Positions 17,593 through 26,772 of a stretch of 64,000 bases of DNA are shown piece after piece. Source of the stretch: Thermoproteota archaeon (GTDB lineage: Archaea > Thermoproteota > Nitrososphaeria_A > Caldarchaeales > Calditenuaceae); contig JAUQPZ010000004.1 in assembly GCA_030550155.1 (NCBI GenBank), positions 1,298 to 65,297 on the forward strand, in the 5' to 3' direction. The translations under genes were made by a program, and so were the position numbers. How positions within the stretch are numbered: the stretch's first letter is position 1; each line of letters begins with the position of its first letter. The notes below the pieces were generated by a model. The model was not told the DNA's origin. It made no database searches and saw only the letters and a program-made list of their open reading frames with translations.

Positions 17593-18864
17593 GTGGCTGA
17601 CTTTCAATTGAAACTAGGGGGTGATCCTCTTGGCGACCTGCTCTCCAAGATCTCGGCTGCTTCACGCATTTTTAAGGACCGAGAGGTGTTGAGGGCTGAC
17701 TATATTCCGGGGAACCTGCCGCATAGGTGGGAGCACATTAAGAGGCTGGGAGAGATAGTCTCGACCGGCCTATCCTTGCACAGGCCCAGCAACGTCTTCA
17801 TCTACGGGAAAACAGGGACAGGTAAGACCGCCGTCGTCAAGCACGTCTTTAAAAGATTCGGCGAGGAGGCCGCGAGACTCGGAATCCCCCTCCGCTTCGT
17901 ATACATTAACTGCAGAATCGCCGGCACAGAGTATAGAGTGTTGACCGAGCTCTGCGACTCTGTCGGAGTCAAGGTCCCGTTTACGGGGTTGTCGAAGGGT
18001 GAGGTCTTCAACAGGTTTCGAAGAGGCCTAGCCTCCTCTTCCGCCCTCCTTATGGTTTGCTTGGACGAGATCGATGTCTTGGTCAAGGGCTTCGGGGACG
18101 CTTTGCTATACGAGCTCACAAGGATTAACGAGGGCCTCGAGAGCAGCGGCCTCTCCCTCATAGGCGTCTCAAACGACCTCATGTTTAAGGAGATGCTTGA
18201 CCCCAGGGTCCTGAGCAGCCTCAGCGAGGAGGAGATCGTCTTTCACCCGTACACCGCCATCGAGCTCGTCGATATTCTGAGTGAGAGGGCTAGGCTGGCC
18301 TTCCACGGGGGAGTAGTCCCCGACTCAACCATTAACCTATGCGCAGCCTTGGCAGCGGCTGAGCATGGAGACGCTAGACGGGCCCTCGATCTTCTGAGGG
18401 TTGCAGCTGAGATCGCGGAAAGGAATATGGCTGAGAGGGTTGAGGAGCAGCATGTAAGGATGGCTATGGGCGTGATTGAGCAGGGCCGCGTCTACGAGGC
18501 GCTGACCACGCTACCACTGCATGGCAGGATGGTTCTACTCGCGGTCTACCACGCCTACACAAAGTCCAGCAGCAAGATAACATCGGGGATGATCTATCAG
18601 ATATATAGGGAGCTATGTAGTCACCTCGGCCTCGAACCCCTCACAGATAGACGGGTTAGCACACTTATCTCGGAGCTAGACATGTTGGGCGTCCTCTCGA
18701 GCAACGTCGTGAGCTACGGCCGCTACGGAAGGACAAGGCGTATCTCGCTGAAGATCGCTGCGGACGAAGTTAGGCAGGCCTTGGAGCGTGATGAGCTCCT
18801 CTCACATCTCTTGGACCAGAACATAGCGATGATGGGTAGCGATGGGAGTGAGCGAGGCCGCTAA
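17593..18864 (+). CDS. cdc6: Orc1/Cdc6 replication initiator (AAA+ plus winged helix)
   Basis: Walker A YGKTGTGKTAV, Walker B LMVCLDEIDVL, and a C-terminal winged-helix region. GTG start. Confidence 0.9.
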   Translation: MADFQLKLGGDPLGDLLSKISAASRIFKDREVLRADYIPGNLPHRWEHIKRLGEIVSTGLSLHRPSNVFIYGKTGTGKTAVVKHVFKRFGEEAARLGIPLRFVYINCRIAGTEYRVLTELCDSVGVKVPFTGLSKGEVFNRFRRGLASSSALLMVCLDEIDVLVKGFGDALLYELTRINEGLESSGLSLIGVSNDLMFKEMLDPRVLSSLSEEEIVFHPYTAIELVDILSERARLAFHGGVVPDSTINLCAALAAAEHGDARRALDLLRVAAEIAERNMAERVEEQHVRMAMGVIEQGRVYEALTTLPLHGRMVLLAVYHAYTKSSSKITSGMIYQIYRELCSHLGLEPLTDRRVSTLISELDMLGVLSSNVVSYGRYGRTRRISLKIAADEVRQALERDELLSHLLDQNIAMMGSDGSERGR

Positions 18865-20284
18865 GAGGCTTGCCTCTAGAGCCATCGAGCGTGGCTACCA
18901 GCTAACAGCAGAGACCCTAAACAGGCTAATTAAGGTCGAGAACCCTCAGACACTTCTGGACGAGTTCCTGGCTTGGCTCGACGAGAAGAGGATTAACCAG
19001 GTTATTATCGACGAGTCCCTCCTCGGCCTCTTCCTCAGCAGCAGGGTGAAGGAAGCCGAGAAAAGTGTTGGGGAGTCTATCCCCGAGGTTGTCGTGGAGT
19101 CTCCGACCTACGAGGACTTGATGATAGAGGGCGTGGCGGAGGAGCAGAGGCTCTACCTGCTATCAAGGTTCCAGTCAATTAGAAGAGTGTTTGAGGGACG
19201 GGGCCTCAGCTTCAGGCCGGTCAGGGAGCTGATGAAGGAGGGTGGCGAGGGGTACGTTGTGGGCATGGTCCTGAGCATCAGGAGGCGGGACACGCATTTT
19301 CTCATAGAGATGGAGGACCCCGTCGATGTCTGGAACATATTCGTACCTACACGCGATAGAGCGTTAGCCGAGAAGACGGAGTACCTCCTCCAAGACATGG
19401 TCGTCGTCTTCCGTGCGAGGGCGCGGAAGGGGCTGCTCATAGCCAGTGACGTCTATCTGCCCGACATCCCCAGCAGGAGGCAGACATGGAGAGGCCCCGA
19501 CGTAAACGTCTGCATAATCTCTGACATACATGTCGGTAGCAGGAGACATGCGGCGGAAAAGTTCAGAGAGCTCATAGACTGGTTGCGCGGCTCCGAGAAC
19601 GAGGCGGAGAAGACGGTCCTCATGATAATCAATGGGGACCTCGTCGACGGAGTCTACGTCTACCCGGGGCAGGAATCTGAACTGAGCCTAATGTCCTATG
19701 CCGACCAGTTCGCTGAGGCCGCGAAGCTGATTTCAGGAATCCCTGAGCGCCTTAAGGTAATCTATGTCCCCGGAAACCATGAGCCCTGTAGGAGGGCGCT
19801 CCCCCAGCCACCCATACAGGCAAGGTATAGGCAGATACTCAGCCAAGGCAGAGAGCTGGTTTACGCGGGGAACCCTGCCTGGATTAGAGTCGGCGGCATC
19901 AGGATACTAGCATTCCACGGCCAGACGCTGGACGACATCATACAGGCCGGCACGAGGTTCAGCTACTCGACCCTGCGCGAGAGGTCTGGAGAGATGATGG
20001 AGCTGCTGCTCAAGTCCAGGCATCTGGCGCCTGCGATGGGCGTGGTCACCCCGCTACTACCTACGCGGACCGACTACCTGTCGATACCTGAGCCTCCTGA
20101 CCTACTCTGTCTCGGTCATACGCACGTCGCGGCCTTTACAACGTATAAGGGCGTGCAGCTGGTCAACAGCGGCTCTTGGCAGAGGCAGACCAGGATTCAG
20201 GAAAGCATCGGCCTTGAGCCCAGCGTGGGGACGGCGGCCCTATTTAACTTGAACGCGATGTCGATTCGCTTTCTCTCTTTTTAG
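18842..20284 (+). CDS. polB: DNA polymerase II (PolD) small subunit DP1
   Basis: Calcineurin-like phosphoesterase motifs in DP1 order: ISDIHVGS, INGDLVDG, PGNHE, AFHGQ, LGHTH. An N-terminal OB-like region is present. The gene overlaps the cdc6 3' end. Confidence 0.8.
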   Translation: MGVSEAAKRLASRAIERGYQLTAETLNRLIKVENPQTLLDEFLAWLDEKRINQVIIDESLLGLFLSSRVKEAEKSVGESIPEVVVESPTYEDLMIEGVAEEQRLYLLSRFQSIRRVFEGRGLSFRPVRELMKEGGEGYVVGMVLSIRRRDTHFLIEMEDPVDVWNIFVPTRDRALAEKTEYLLQDMVVVFRARARKGLLIASDVYLPDIPSRRQTWRGPDVNVCIISDIHVGSRRHAAEKFRELIDWLRGSENEAEKTVLMIINGDLVDGVYVYPGQESELSLMSYADQFAEAAKLISGIPERLKVIYVPGNHEPCRRALPQPPIQARYRQILSQGRELVYAGNPAWIRVGGIRILAFHGQTLDDIIQAGTRFSYSTLRERSGEMMELLLKSRHLAPAMGVVTPLLPTRTDYLSIPEPPDLLCLGHTHVAAFTTYKGVQLVNSGSWQRQTRIQESIGLEPSVGTAALFNLNAMSIRFLSF

Positions 20285-20366
20285 AGGGTTTATTTAAGTG
20301 CTTCAGCAGCTTAAAAGGCATAGATTATTATCATCAGAATATCGAGTATCGGCTTGATAGCCGGGT

Positions 20367-22253
20367 TTGGGGGCCTCCACCGAGACCAAGCTCAAGCGCG
20401 AGATAGGCTGGTTCAGCGCCTTCTCGATGGGGTTCGGCGACGTAGGGGCAGACGTATTTATAGGGCTGGGGGTTGTGATGCTCTACGCCGGCGGGGCCTC
20501 CTTTATAGCATTTGCTGTAACGGCTATAGCGTATGTGGCGATTAGCCTCGCGTATGCCGAGCTGGCGCCGGCCTACCCCTACGCGGGCGGAGTACAGGTC
20601 TATGCCCTGAGATCTTGGAACACCCTTACAAGTTTCATCGCTGGCTGGGCTATACTTCTCGACTACGTCCTCTGCTCCTCGCTTTTCGCGACGGCCGCTG
20701 CGGGCTACTTCAAATATCTGGTGAGGGGTGTCGAGGGAGTATCTCTGCAGCTGGGGTCCTTGACCCTTGGAAGTCTGGGCCTCATAGCCGCTGCGATAGT
20801 TCTGCTTCTGGTCGTGATAAACTATTTTGGGATAAAGTATTCCGCCGAGATGAACGCGGGGATAGTCGCCTTCGGGCTGGCGGTTGAGGCTATTATAGTG
20901 GTCGTCGGATTCCTGACAGTCTTCGACCCGGCCAGATTCTCCTCCCAGCTGCTCATCGTAGGCAACCCCGCGCCCCAGGAGGAGGTGGCGTACCTCCCGG
21001 GCCTCAGCATCGCTGAGAGCAACTTTCTATACGGCCTCACGATAGCTATGGCATCCTATATCGGCGTCGAGTCGATTGCCCAGGCTGCTGAGGAGACGCG
21101 GAGGCCTCATCGATGGATTCCGAGGGCGACGATACTCTGCGCTGTCATGGTCCCGCTCTTCGTCCTGCTGTTCAGCTCGATAGCTCTCGGCACAACGGAT
21201 TGGAGGGTCATTGCGGACGCTATCCAGAACCCCGTTGCCGCACTTGTCGCCCACTATCCCATCCTCGGCTCTGAACTCGCCATACTGGTCTCGCTGACTG
21301 CGATAATCCTCTGCATGGTCTCCTCCAACACGGGAATAATAGGCGTCTCGAGGCTGGCCTCCAGCATGGGGAAGCTCGGCCTCCTCCCTAGGTGGCTATA
21401 CGCCATCCACGCAAGATACGGGACTCCTACACGCGCGATAATCTTCTTCGGCGTCATAGGGATACTCCTCGCCCTTCCGGGAGATATACCGCTGCTGGCG
21501 AGCCTTTACAACTTCGGCGCCTCGCTGAGCTACATCATGCTCCTCCTCTCGCTCATTATCCTGAGGAACAAGGAGCCAATGGTCTATCGGCCTTGGAAGC
21601 TGAGACCAACTATGCATCTGGCAATAAGGGGCAGGGACTACGAAATACCCCTCATAGGACTCATAGGCCTATTGATAGTTTCCGCAATATTCATCCTCTT
21701 CATGCTGCTACACCCCGTCGGGAGGGTTCTGGGAATAGCCTGGATGGGCGTAGGCGTTGTAGCCTTCTACGTTTACAGACGGGCTGTGCTGAAGAGGCCT
21801 CTGAGAAGCGTTGAGGAATATGCCCTCGCAGTTCCGGCCGGCTATAGAATGCGCCTCACAGTCCTAGTAAGGCCTCGCGAAGATCCCGAGACCGTGAGAG
21901 AGATCCTCAGACACTCGCTCGACAATCGATTCTCGATAAAGCTGCTCTCCATAGTTGACCCTGAGCTCGAGGAAGATGTTGAAGAAGCCTTCAGGGAGGC
22001 ACAGGAAAACATGGAGCAGATTCGTAGGAAGGTGAGCTCCGACGGCTTCGAGGCAAGCGCGGAAGTGAAAATAGGCCACTATGATGTCCTAATTGGGCAC
22101 GAGGCCGAGAGCGGGGACTCGGACTTCATAGTTCTGCTGGTTAGGAGGTTTGAGAAGGTAGTCTTGGAGAAGGAGTCTTTGTTTGAGTCTAAGATGCATT
22201 CTGTGCTCTTGAAGTATCCCGCGAAGATTATGCTCCTGCGCAAGCCCAGCTAA
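20367..22253 (+). CDS. APC-superfamily amino-acid permease fused to a C-terminal universal-stress-protein (Usp) domain
   Basis: ~12 predicted TM helices, then a ~150-aa C-terminal domain with Usp-like features (LTVLVRP...FIVLLV...KIMLLRKPS). The start codon is uncertain (TTG at 20367, or a downstream ATG). Confidence 0.65.
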   Translation: MGASTETKLKREIGWFSAFSMGFGDVGADVFIGLGVVMLYAGGASFIAFAVTAIAYVAISLAYAELAPAYPYAGGVQVYALRSWNTLTSFIAGWAILLDYVLCSSLFATAAAGYFKYLVRGVEGVSLQLGSLTLGSLGLIAAAIVLLLVVINYFGIKYSAEMNAGIVAFGLAVEAIIVVVGFLTVFDPARFSSQLLIVGNPAPQEEVAYLPGLSIAESNFLYGLTIAMASYIGVESIAQAAEETRRPHRWIPRATILCAVMVPLFVLLFSSIALGTTDWRVIADAIQNPVAALVAHYPILGSELAILVSLTAIILCMVSSNTGIIGVSRLASSMGKLGLLPRWLYAIHARYGTPTRAIIFFGVIGILLALPGDIPLLASLYNFGASLSYIMLLLSLIILRNKEPMVYRPWKLRPTMHLAIRGRDYEIPLIGLIGLLIVSAIFILFMLLHPVGRVLGIAWMGVGVVAFYVYRRAVLKRPLRSVEEYALAVPAGYRMRLTVLVRPREDPETVREILRHSLDNRFSIKLLSIVDPELEEDVEEAFREAQENMEQIRRKVSSDGFEASAEVKIGHYDVLIGHEAESGDSDFIVLLVRRFEKVVLEKESLFESKMHSVLLKYPAKIMLLRKPS

Positions 22254-22269
22254 GACTACTGAGCGTTAT

Positions 22270-22548
22270 TTACTCCCAAGTGGCTACGCCGTTCCTCTTA
22301 TGGGTGTGGAGTATCACGGACGTAACAGAACTCTTAATCCCGTCCACCTGTGAGAGAATCTTAGAGATAAAGCTCCTCAACTCCTCTACATTCGAGACGG
22401 CGACAACCACTATAACGTCATACTCGCCAGTCACTTCGTAAACGTCAACAGTCTGAGGAAGCCTCGCTAACTGCTCACAAACATCCTCGAGCTTCCCCGA
22501 CTCGGTAAATATGTGAAGCACAGCCTTTACAGGTGTCTGCGCGACCAC
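22270..22548 (-). CDS. Stand-alone Lrp/AsnC RAM-domain protein, 92 aa
   Basis: VTGEYDVIVVVAVSNVEEL is a RAM-domain pattern, paralogous to 16739..16966. Confidence 0.55.
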   Translation of the reverse strand: MVAQTPVKAVLHIFTESGKLEDVCEQLARLPQTVDVYEVTGEYDVIVVVAVSNVEELRSFISKILSQVDGIKSSVTSVILHTHKRNGVATWE

Positions 22549-22591
22549 GTCAAACCGCGCTTAAAGGCTTCTAATTAATTTGATATCGGGC

Positions 22592-22695
22592 TGGGGCCGG
22601 CCGGATTTGAACCGGCGACCTCCGGGTTTCTTCTGTGCCAGCGCTTCTGAACCAGATCTGGAGCCCGGCGCCCTACCTTGCTAGGCTACGGCCCC
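22592..22695 (-). tRNA. tRNA-Trp (anticodon CCA) with a ~30-nt intron in the anticodon loop
   Basis: Acceptor GGGGCCG/CGGCCCC, T-arm GCCGG-TTCAAAT-CCGGC. Anticodon stem CCGGG ... CCCGG is interrupted after CTCCAG by atctggttcagaagcgctggcacagaagaa. 104 nt total. Confidence 0.7.
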
Positions 22696-22769
22696 CCTCA
22701 CTGTCTCGAGGTAGAGAGGCTCCATTTAATTGTTTTCTAACTCTGGGTTGAGGCGGCAAACGTTAAAGC

Positions 22770-23693
22770 ATGGCTTTAAGGGGCTATTGCTGTCTGGTGT
22801 GGTGCTACATGAGGTTGGCTCGTCTTAGGGTGGGGGAGCTGACGACTTATGGCTTCGTTGAGGGCGAATATATCCTGACGAGAGAGGAGATCGAGGAGGC
22901 CGCGGGATTTGCGCTTCCTCCCTACTTCTCCGACTTTATCGAGAGGCTGGTCGGTGAGAAGGATTTTCGGGAACTGATTCTCGAGGCGTCTAAGAGGGTT
23001 CCGCGGGCGCTGCATCTCAGCCAAGTCGGGTTGCTTGCCCCGACGGATAATAAGCCGAAGGTATTGTGTATTGGGCTGAACTATAGGGACCACGCCGAGG
23101 AGTCGAAGGCGGAGGTGCCCGACGAGCCCATAATATTCATGAAGCCTCACACGGCGCTTACCGGCCCTTACGACCCGGTGGAATATCCCTCCATAGTTAC
23201 GCAGCTCGACTACGAGGCGGAGCTAGCAGTAGTCATCGGGAGGAGGTGCAGGGGCGTGAAGCCTGAGGAGGCCCAAGAATATATCTGCGGATACGCGGCC
23301 TTCAACGATATCTCTGCCAGAAACCTCCAGTTCAAGGATAAACAGTGGACCCGGGGCAAGTCCTTCGACACATTCGCCCCGATGGGGCCTTGGATAGTCA
23401 CGCGCGACGAGATCAGAGACCCGCAAAACCTTAGAATAGCCTCTAGGGTAAACGGCGAGACAAGACAGGACTCGAACACGAAAAACATGATCTTCGGCGT
23501 CAACCGTCTCGTCTCATTCATCAGCATGGTTATGACGCTTGAGCCCGGCGACGTTATAGCTACTGGAACGCCCGCGGGTGTCGGAATCTTCGCCAAACCT
23601 GAACCGAGGCTCCTGAAGGTCAACGACGTAGTGGAGGTGGAGGTGGAGGGCGTGGGCACGATCAGGAACACCGTGGTAAAAGGCCGCGTGTGA
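22770..23693 (+). CDS. Fumarylacetoacetate-hydrolase (FAH) family protein (2-keto-4-pentenoate hydratase/HpcE-like)
   Basis: The FAH-fold signature block is GLNYRDHAEE ... YEAELAVVIG ... GTPAGVG in a 307-aa protein. Confidence 0.75.
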   Translation: MALRGYCCLVWCYMRLARLRVGELTTYGFVEGEYILTREEIEEAAGFALPPYFSDFIERLVGEKDFRELILEASKRVPRALHLSQVGLLAPTDNKPKVLCIGLNYRDHAEESKAEVPDEPIIFMKPHTALTGPYDPVEYPSIVTQLDYEAELAVVIGRRCRGVKPEEAQEYICGYAAFNDISARNLQFKDKQWTRGKSFDTFAPMGPWIVTRDEIRDPQNLRIASRVNGETRQDSNTKNMIFGVNRLVSFISMVMTLEPGDVIATGTPAGVGIFAKPEPRLLKVNDVVEVEVEGVGTIRNTVVKGRV

Positions 23694-23880
23694 GGCTGGG
23701 ACACGAGCATATAGTCGGAGCCACACCCGCTCGCATGAAACACCGTATCGGCTGTTACAGGGTATCATGACTACGCAACATGGAGCTCAAAGACACACAT
23801 TTTAAAGCATAGATGTAGAAATATCGAAAAACTTTGAGAGAAAGACATTATTACTTGCAGCGCATACTCTTATCGGTGAT

Positions 23881-25203
23881 GTGTTTTTGGACCTTGGCGA
23901 GCTCGCCGTAAAATATTCAAGACTCTATGGCGGAAAAGTTGAGGTCCATCCCAAGGTGCCCATAAAGGGGCTTCAAGACTTCGCGATCTGGTATACCCCG
24001 GGGGTGGCTGAGGTCTGTAGGGAGATTGTGAAGGACAGAGACGAGGCCTTCAGCCTCACGAACAGGTGGAACACAATTGCCGTGATAACTAATGGGACAC
24101 GGGTACTGGGCCTCGGAAACATAGGCCCCGAGGCCGCTCTCCCCGTCATGGAGGGCAAGGCGCTCATCTTCAAGTATCTGGGCGGTGTTGACGCGATACC
24201 TATAACGGTGAAGGCTGATACACCGGAACACTTCATACAGGTCGCTAAGGCGCTGGAACCCACGTTTGGAGGCCTCAACCTAGAGGATATCCAATCGCCT
24301 GATTGCTTCTACATACTTGAGAGGCTAATGGCGGACCTAGAGATCCCCGTCTGGCATGACGACCAGTTAGGGACAGCGGCCTCCACCCTAGCCGCCCTCA
24401 TCAACGCCTTGAAACTCACTGGCCGCTCAACCCGCGACACGAGAATCGTGCTCCTCGGAGCCGGAGCAGCAAACATAGCCACAAGCATACTACTGGAAAA
24501 GTACGGCCTCGACCCTGGAAAGATGATTCTAGTTGACAGGGGTGGTATCCTCCACTCTGAGAGGGAGGACATGGACACGATGATGATCAAGAACCGCTGG
24601 AAATATGAGATAGCCATCAAGACCAACAGGGAAAAGGTGAAGGGCGGCCTCAAAGAGGCCCTCGCGGGCGCCGACGTCTTAATCGCGGCCTCAACCCCTG
24701 GTCCCGGCGTAGTTAAGCCTGAAGATATCGAGCTAATGGAGAAGGACCCCATAGTCTTCGCGCTCGCAAACCCTGTGCCGGAGATCTGGCCTTGGGAGGC
24801 GAAGAGGGCCGGCGCCGCAATAGTAGCTACCGGTAGAAGCGACTTTCCAAACCAGGTGAATAATAGTCTAATCTTCCCTTCAGTCTTCCGCGGAGCCCTC
24901 GACTGCCACGCCCGCCGAATATCCTACGAGGCCATGATTGCCGCCTCCGTGGAGCTTGCAAGGTTTGCAGAGGAGAAAGGGCTCACAGCCAACTATATCA
25001 TACCCACGATGGAGGAGTGGTCTGTTTATCCGCTGGTCGCGGCGGCCGTGGCCGACACGCTCTCGCGGCAGGGCGTGGCCCGGCGTAAGACGAGTTATCG
25101 CGAGGAGCTCGAGAGGGCTGGCGAGATAATATCTAGGTCCAGAAAGATTCTGAGCACACTCATAGACTCGAGGATAGTTGAGCCCCCAGCATCAGAGGTC
25201 TAG
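23881..25203 (+). CDS. NAD(P)-dependent malic enzyme (malate dehydrogenase, oxaloacetate-decarboxylating)
   Basis: Malic-enzyme motifs DFAIWYTPGVAEVC, then VITNGTRVLGLGNIGP, then VLLGAGAANIA Rossmann. Small 440-aa form. Confidence 0.8.
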   Translation: MFLDLGELAVKYSRLYGGKVEVHPKVPIKGLQDFAIWYTPGVAEVCREIVKDRDEAFSLTNRWNTIAVITNGTRVLGLGNIGPEAALPVMEGKALIFKYLGGVDAIPITVKADTPEHFIQVAKALEPTFGGLNLEDIQSPDCFYILERLMADLEIPVWHDDQLGTAASTLAALINALKLTGRSTRDTRIVLLGAGAANIATSILLEKYGLDPGKMILVDRGGILHSEREDMDTMMIKNRWKYEIAIKTNREKVKGGLKEALAGADVLIAASTPGPGVVKPEDIELMEKDPIVFALANPVPEIWPWEAKRAGAAIVATGRSDFPNQVNNSLIFPSVFRGALDCHARRISYEAMIAASVELARFAEEKGLTANYIIPTMEEWSVYPLVAAAVADTLSRQGVARRKTSYREELERAGEIISRSRKILSTLIDSRIVEPPASEV

Positions 25204-25240
25204 TAATTATAGAGGAGATATCTCCTAACTTTGGAACGGA

Positions 25241-25681
25241 ATGGTCAAGCACAGGAATACTCTGAGCCAGCACGAGGCTACCTACCTGATTACCCTGTTG
25301 AAGATGAGAGGGTTAAGGAGAACAGGGACTAGCGCCTTGGCAGCTAAGTTTGGCGTCAAGGAGTCGAGTGTAGTGGATGTGATTAAGAGGCTTGAGGAGA
25401 AGGGGCTTCTAGTCCGCGACCCTTGGCGCTCGATAATCCTAACTAGGCGGGGAGAAATGCTGGCTGAGCAGCTCATACATAATCACAGGGTAATCGAGAC
25501 CTATCTGCACAGAGTTCTCAAAATCTCGGCAGCCCTCGCATGCAACGAGGCCCAGAAGCTCGACAACCTTCTCGACAGGAGGACGATAACGTCGATGTGC
25601 CACGCTCTAAACTATCCCGACACCTGCATTCACGGAGAAGAAATAAAGCACTACAAGTGGTGCAGGAGCCCAATCATTTAA
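25241..25681 (+). CDS. DtxR/MntR-family metal-dependent transcriptional regulator
   Basis: N-terminal wHTH, then the metal-site helix HNHRVIETYLHRVL typical of DtxR/MntR. 146 aa. Confidence 0.6.
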   Translation: MVKHRNTLSQHEATYLITLLKMRGLRRTGTSALAAKFGVKESSVVDVIKRLEEKGLLVRDPWRSIILTRRGEMLAEQLIHNHRVIETYLHRVLKISAALACNEAQKLDNLLDRRTITSMCHALNYPDTCIHGEEIKHYKWCRSPII

Positions 25682-26739
25682 GGCTGTCTCACTATTTTAG
25701 AGAGAAGTGGAGGGCTATCAGGGTCAAGCGACTTCTCGAGTGCGGTATAATAGGCGAGTAGCTGGAATAATACAACCTCCACCGCCGACGCGAAAACGTG
25801 CTTGGTCATAGGCAGCAGGATGTCGGAGGCAAGCCCAGCCCATTCAAGGTGGGAGAGAATTATCGTGAGAGCACCTGCAGACCTCGCAGTCGAGGCGACC
25901 TTATCGAAGATCTCGAGCGTGTCTCCAGGTTCTGGGGGGATAATGAGCACGCATGCCGCATGGCTGCTTAAGAGCGAGATGGGGCCATGCCTAAACTCGC
26001 GGACGGAGTAGGCCTCTGCGTGTAATCTGCATGTCTCTTTGAGCTTGAGGGCGGCCTCGAGGGCAGCGATGTATGAGGGGCCGTAGCCGAGGACGAAAAC
26101 ATGCTCTTTGCCTGAGAGCTCCTTGGAGAGCCTTTCCGCAAAAGGCTCCAAAAGCTCAATAGCCTGTTGGAGGACCTGAGGCTGCCGGCTCAGCTCTTTG
26201 CGCGCCTCCTCAAGCTCCCCCCCAATACCCCGAGCAGTGGCCAGGCCAAGCGCCAGAGAATAAGCGGCCGCCAGCTGAGCCATAAAACTCTTAGTGGCAG
26301 GAACGGCCCTCTCAACACCACTACGAGCCTCAACAAAATATCTTGCAAGAGACCCCAACGAGCTTCCGCGGCTCCCACTTATCGCTAAGACATCAACCCC
26401 CTTCTCCGAAGCAAGCCTCGCAGCCCTCAAAGTGTCAACCGACTCGCCTGACTGCGAGATAGCTATCATTAGATGGTCTCTGCGGAGGAAGTTGTGGACG
26501 TGCTCGGAGTATTCGCTGGAGAGCGTGGAGAATGACTCGACCTCTGCGAGCCTGGAGGCGGCGTAGCTGAGGGAGAGGCCTGCGTGGTGTGAGGTGCCGC
26601 TACTACATGTTACTATGCGTCTATACCTCGAGACTATCTCGCCGGATAGAGAGTCGATGTCGCCCAGAGCCCCGAGTGTCTCTCGAAAAGCAGCAGGCCC
26701 TTCGCGAATCTCCCTGATCATGTAGCTTCCAGAGGCCAT
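25678..26739 (-). CDS. Double-SIS-domain sugar-phosphate isomerase (GlmS isomerase-domain-like; possible glucosamine-6-phosphate deaminase)
   Basis: Two SIS modules (VTCSSGTSHHAG...; MIAISQSGESVDTL; second module VLGYGPSYIAA). No glutaminase domain is present. Confidence 0.55.
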   Translation of the reverse strand: MASGSYMIREIREGPAAFRETLGALGDIDSLSGEIVSRYRRIVTCSSGTSHHAGLSLSYAASRLAEVESFSTLSSEYSEHVHNFLRRDHLMIAISQSGESVDTLRAARLASEKGVDVLAISGSRGSSLGSLARYFVEARSGVERAVPATKSFMAQLAAAYSLALGLATARGIGGELEEARKELSRQPQVLQQAIELLEPFAERLSKELSGKEHVFVLGYGPSYIAALEAALKLKETCRLHAEAYSVREFRHGPISLLSSHAACVLIIPPEPGDTLEIFDKVASTARSAGALTIILSHLEWAGLASDILLPMTKHVFASAVEVVLFQLLAYYTALEKSLDPDSPPLLSKIVRQP

Positions 26740-26772
26740 ACATCACCCAATCCGTCGCTCTGGCTCTTAAGG

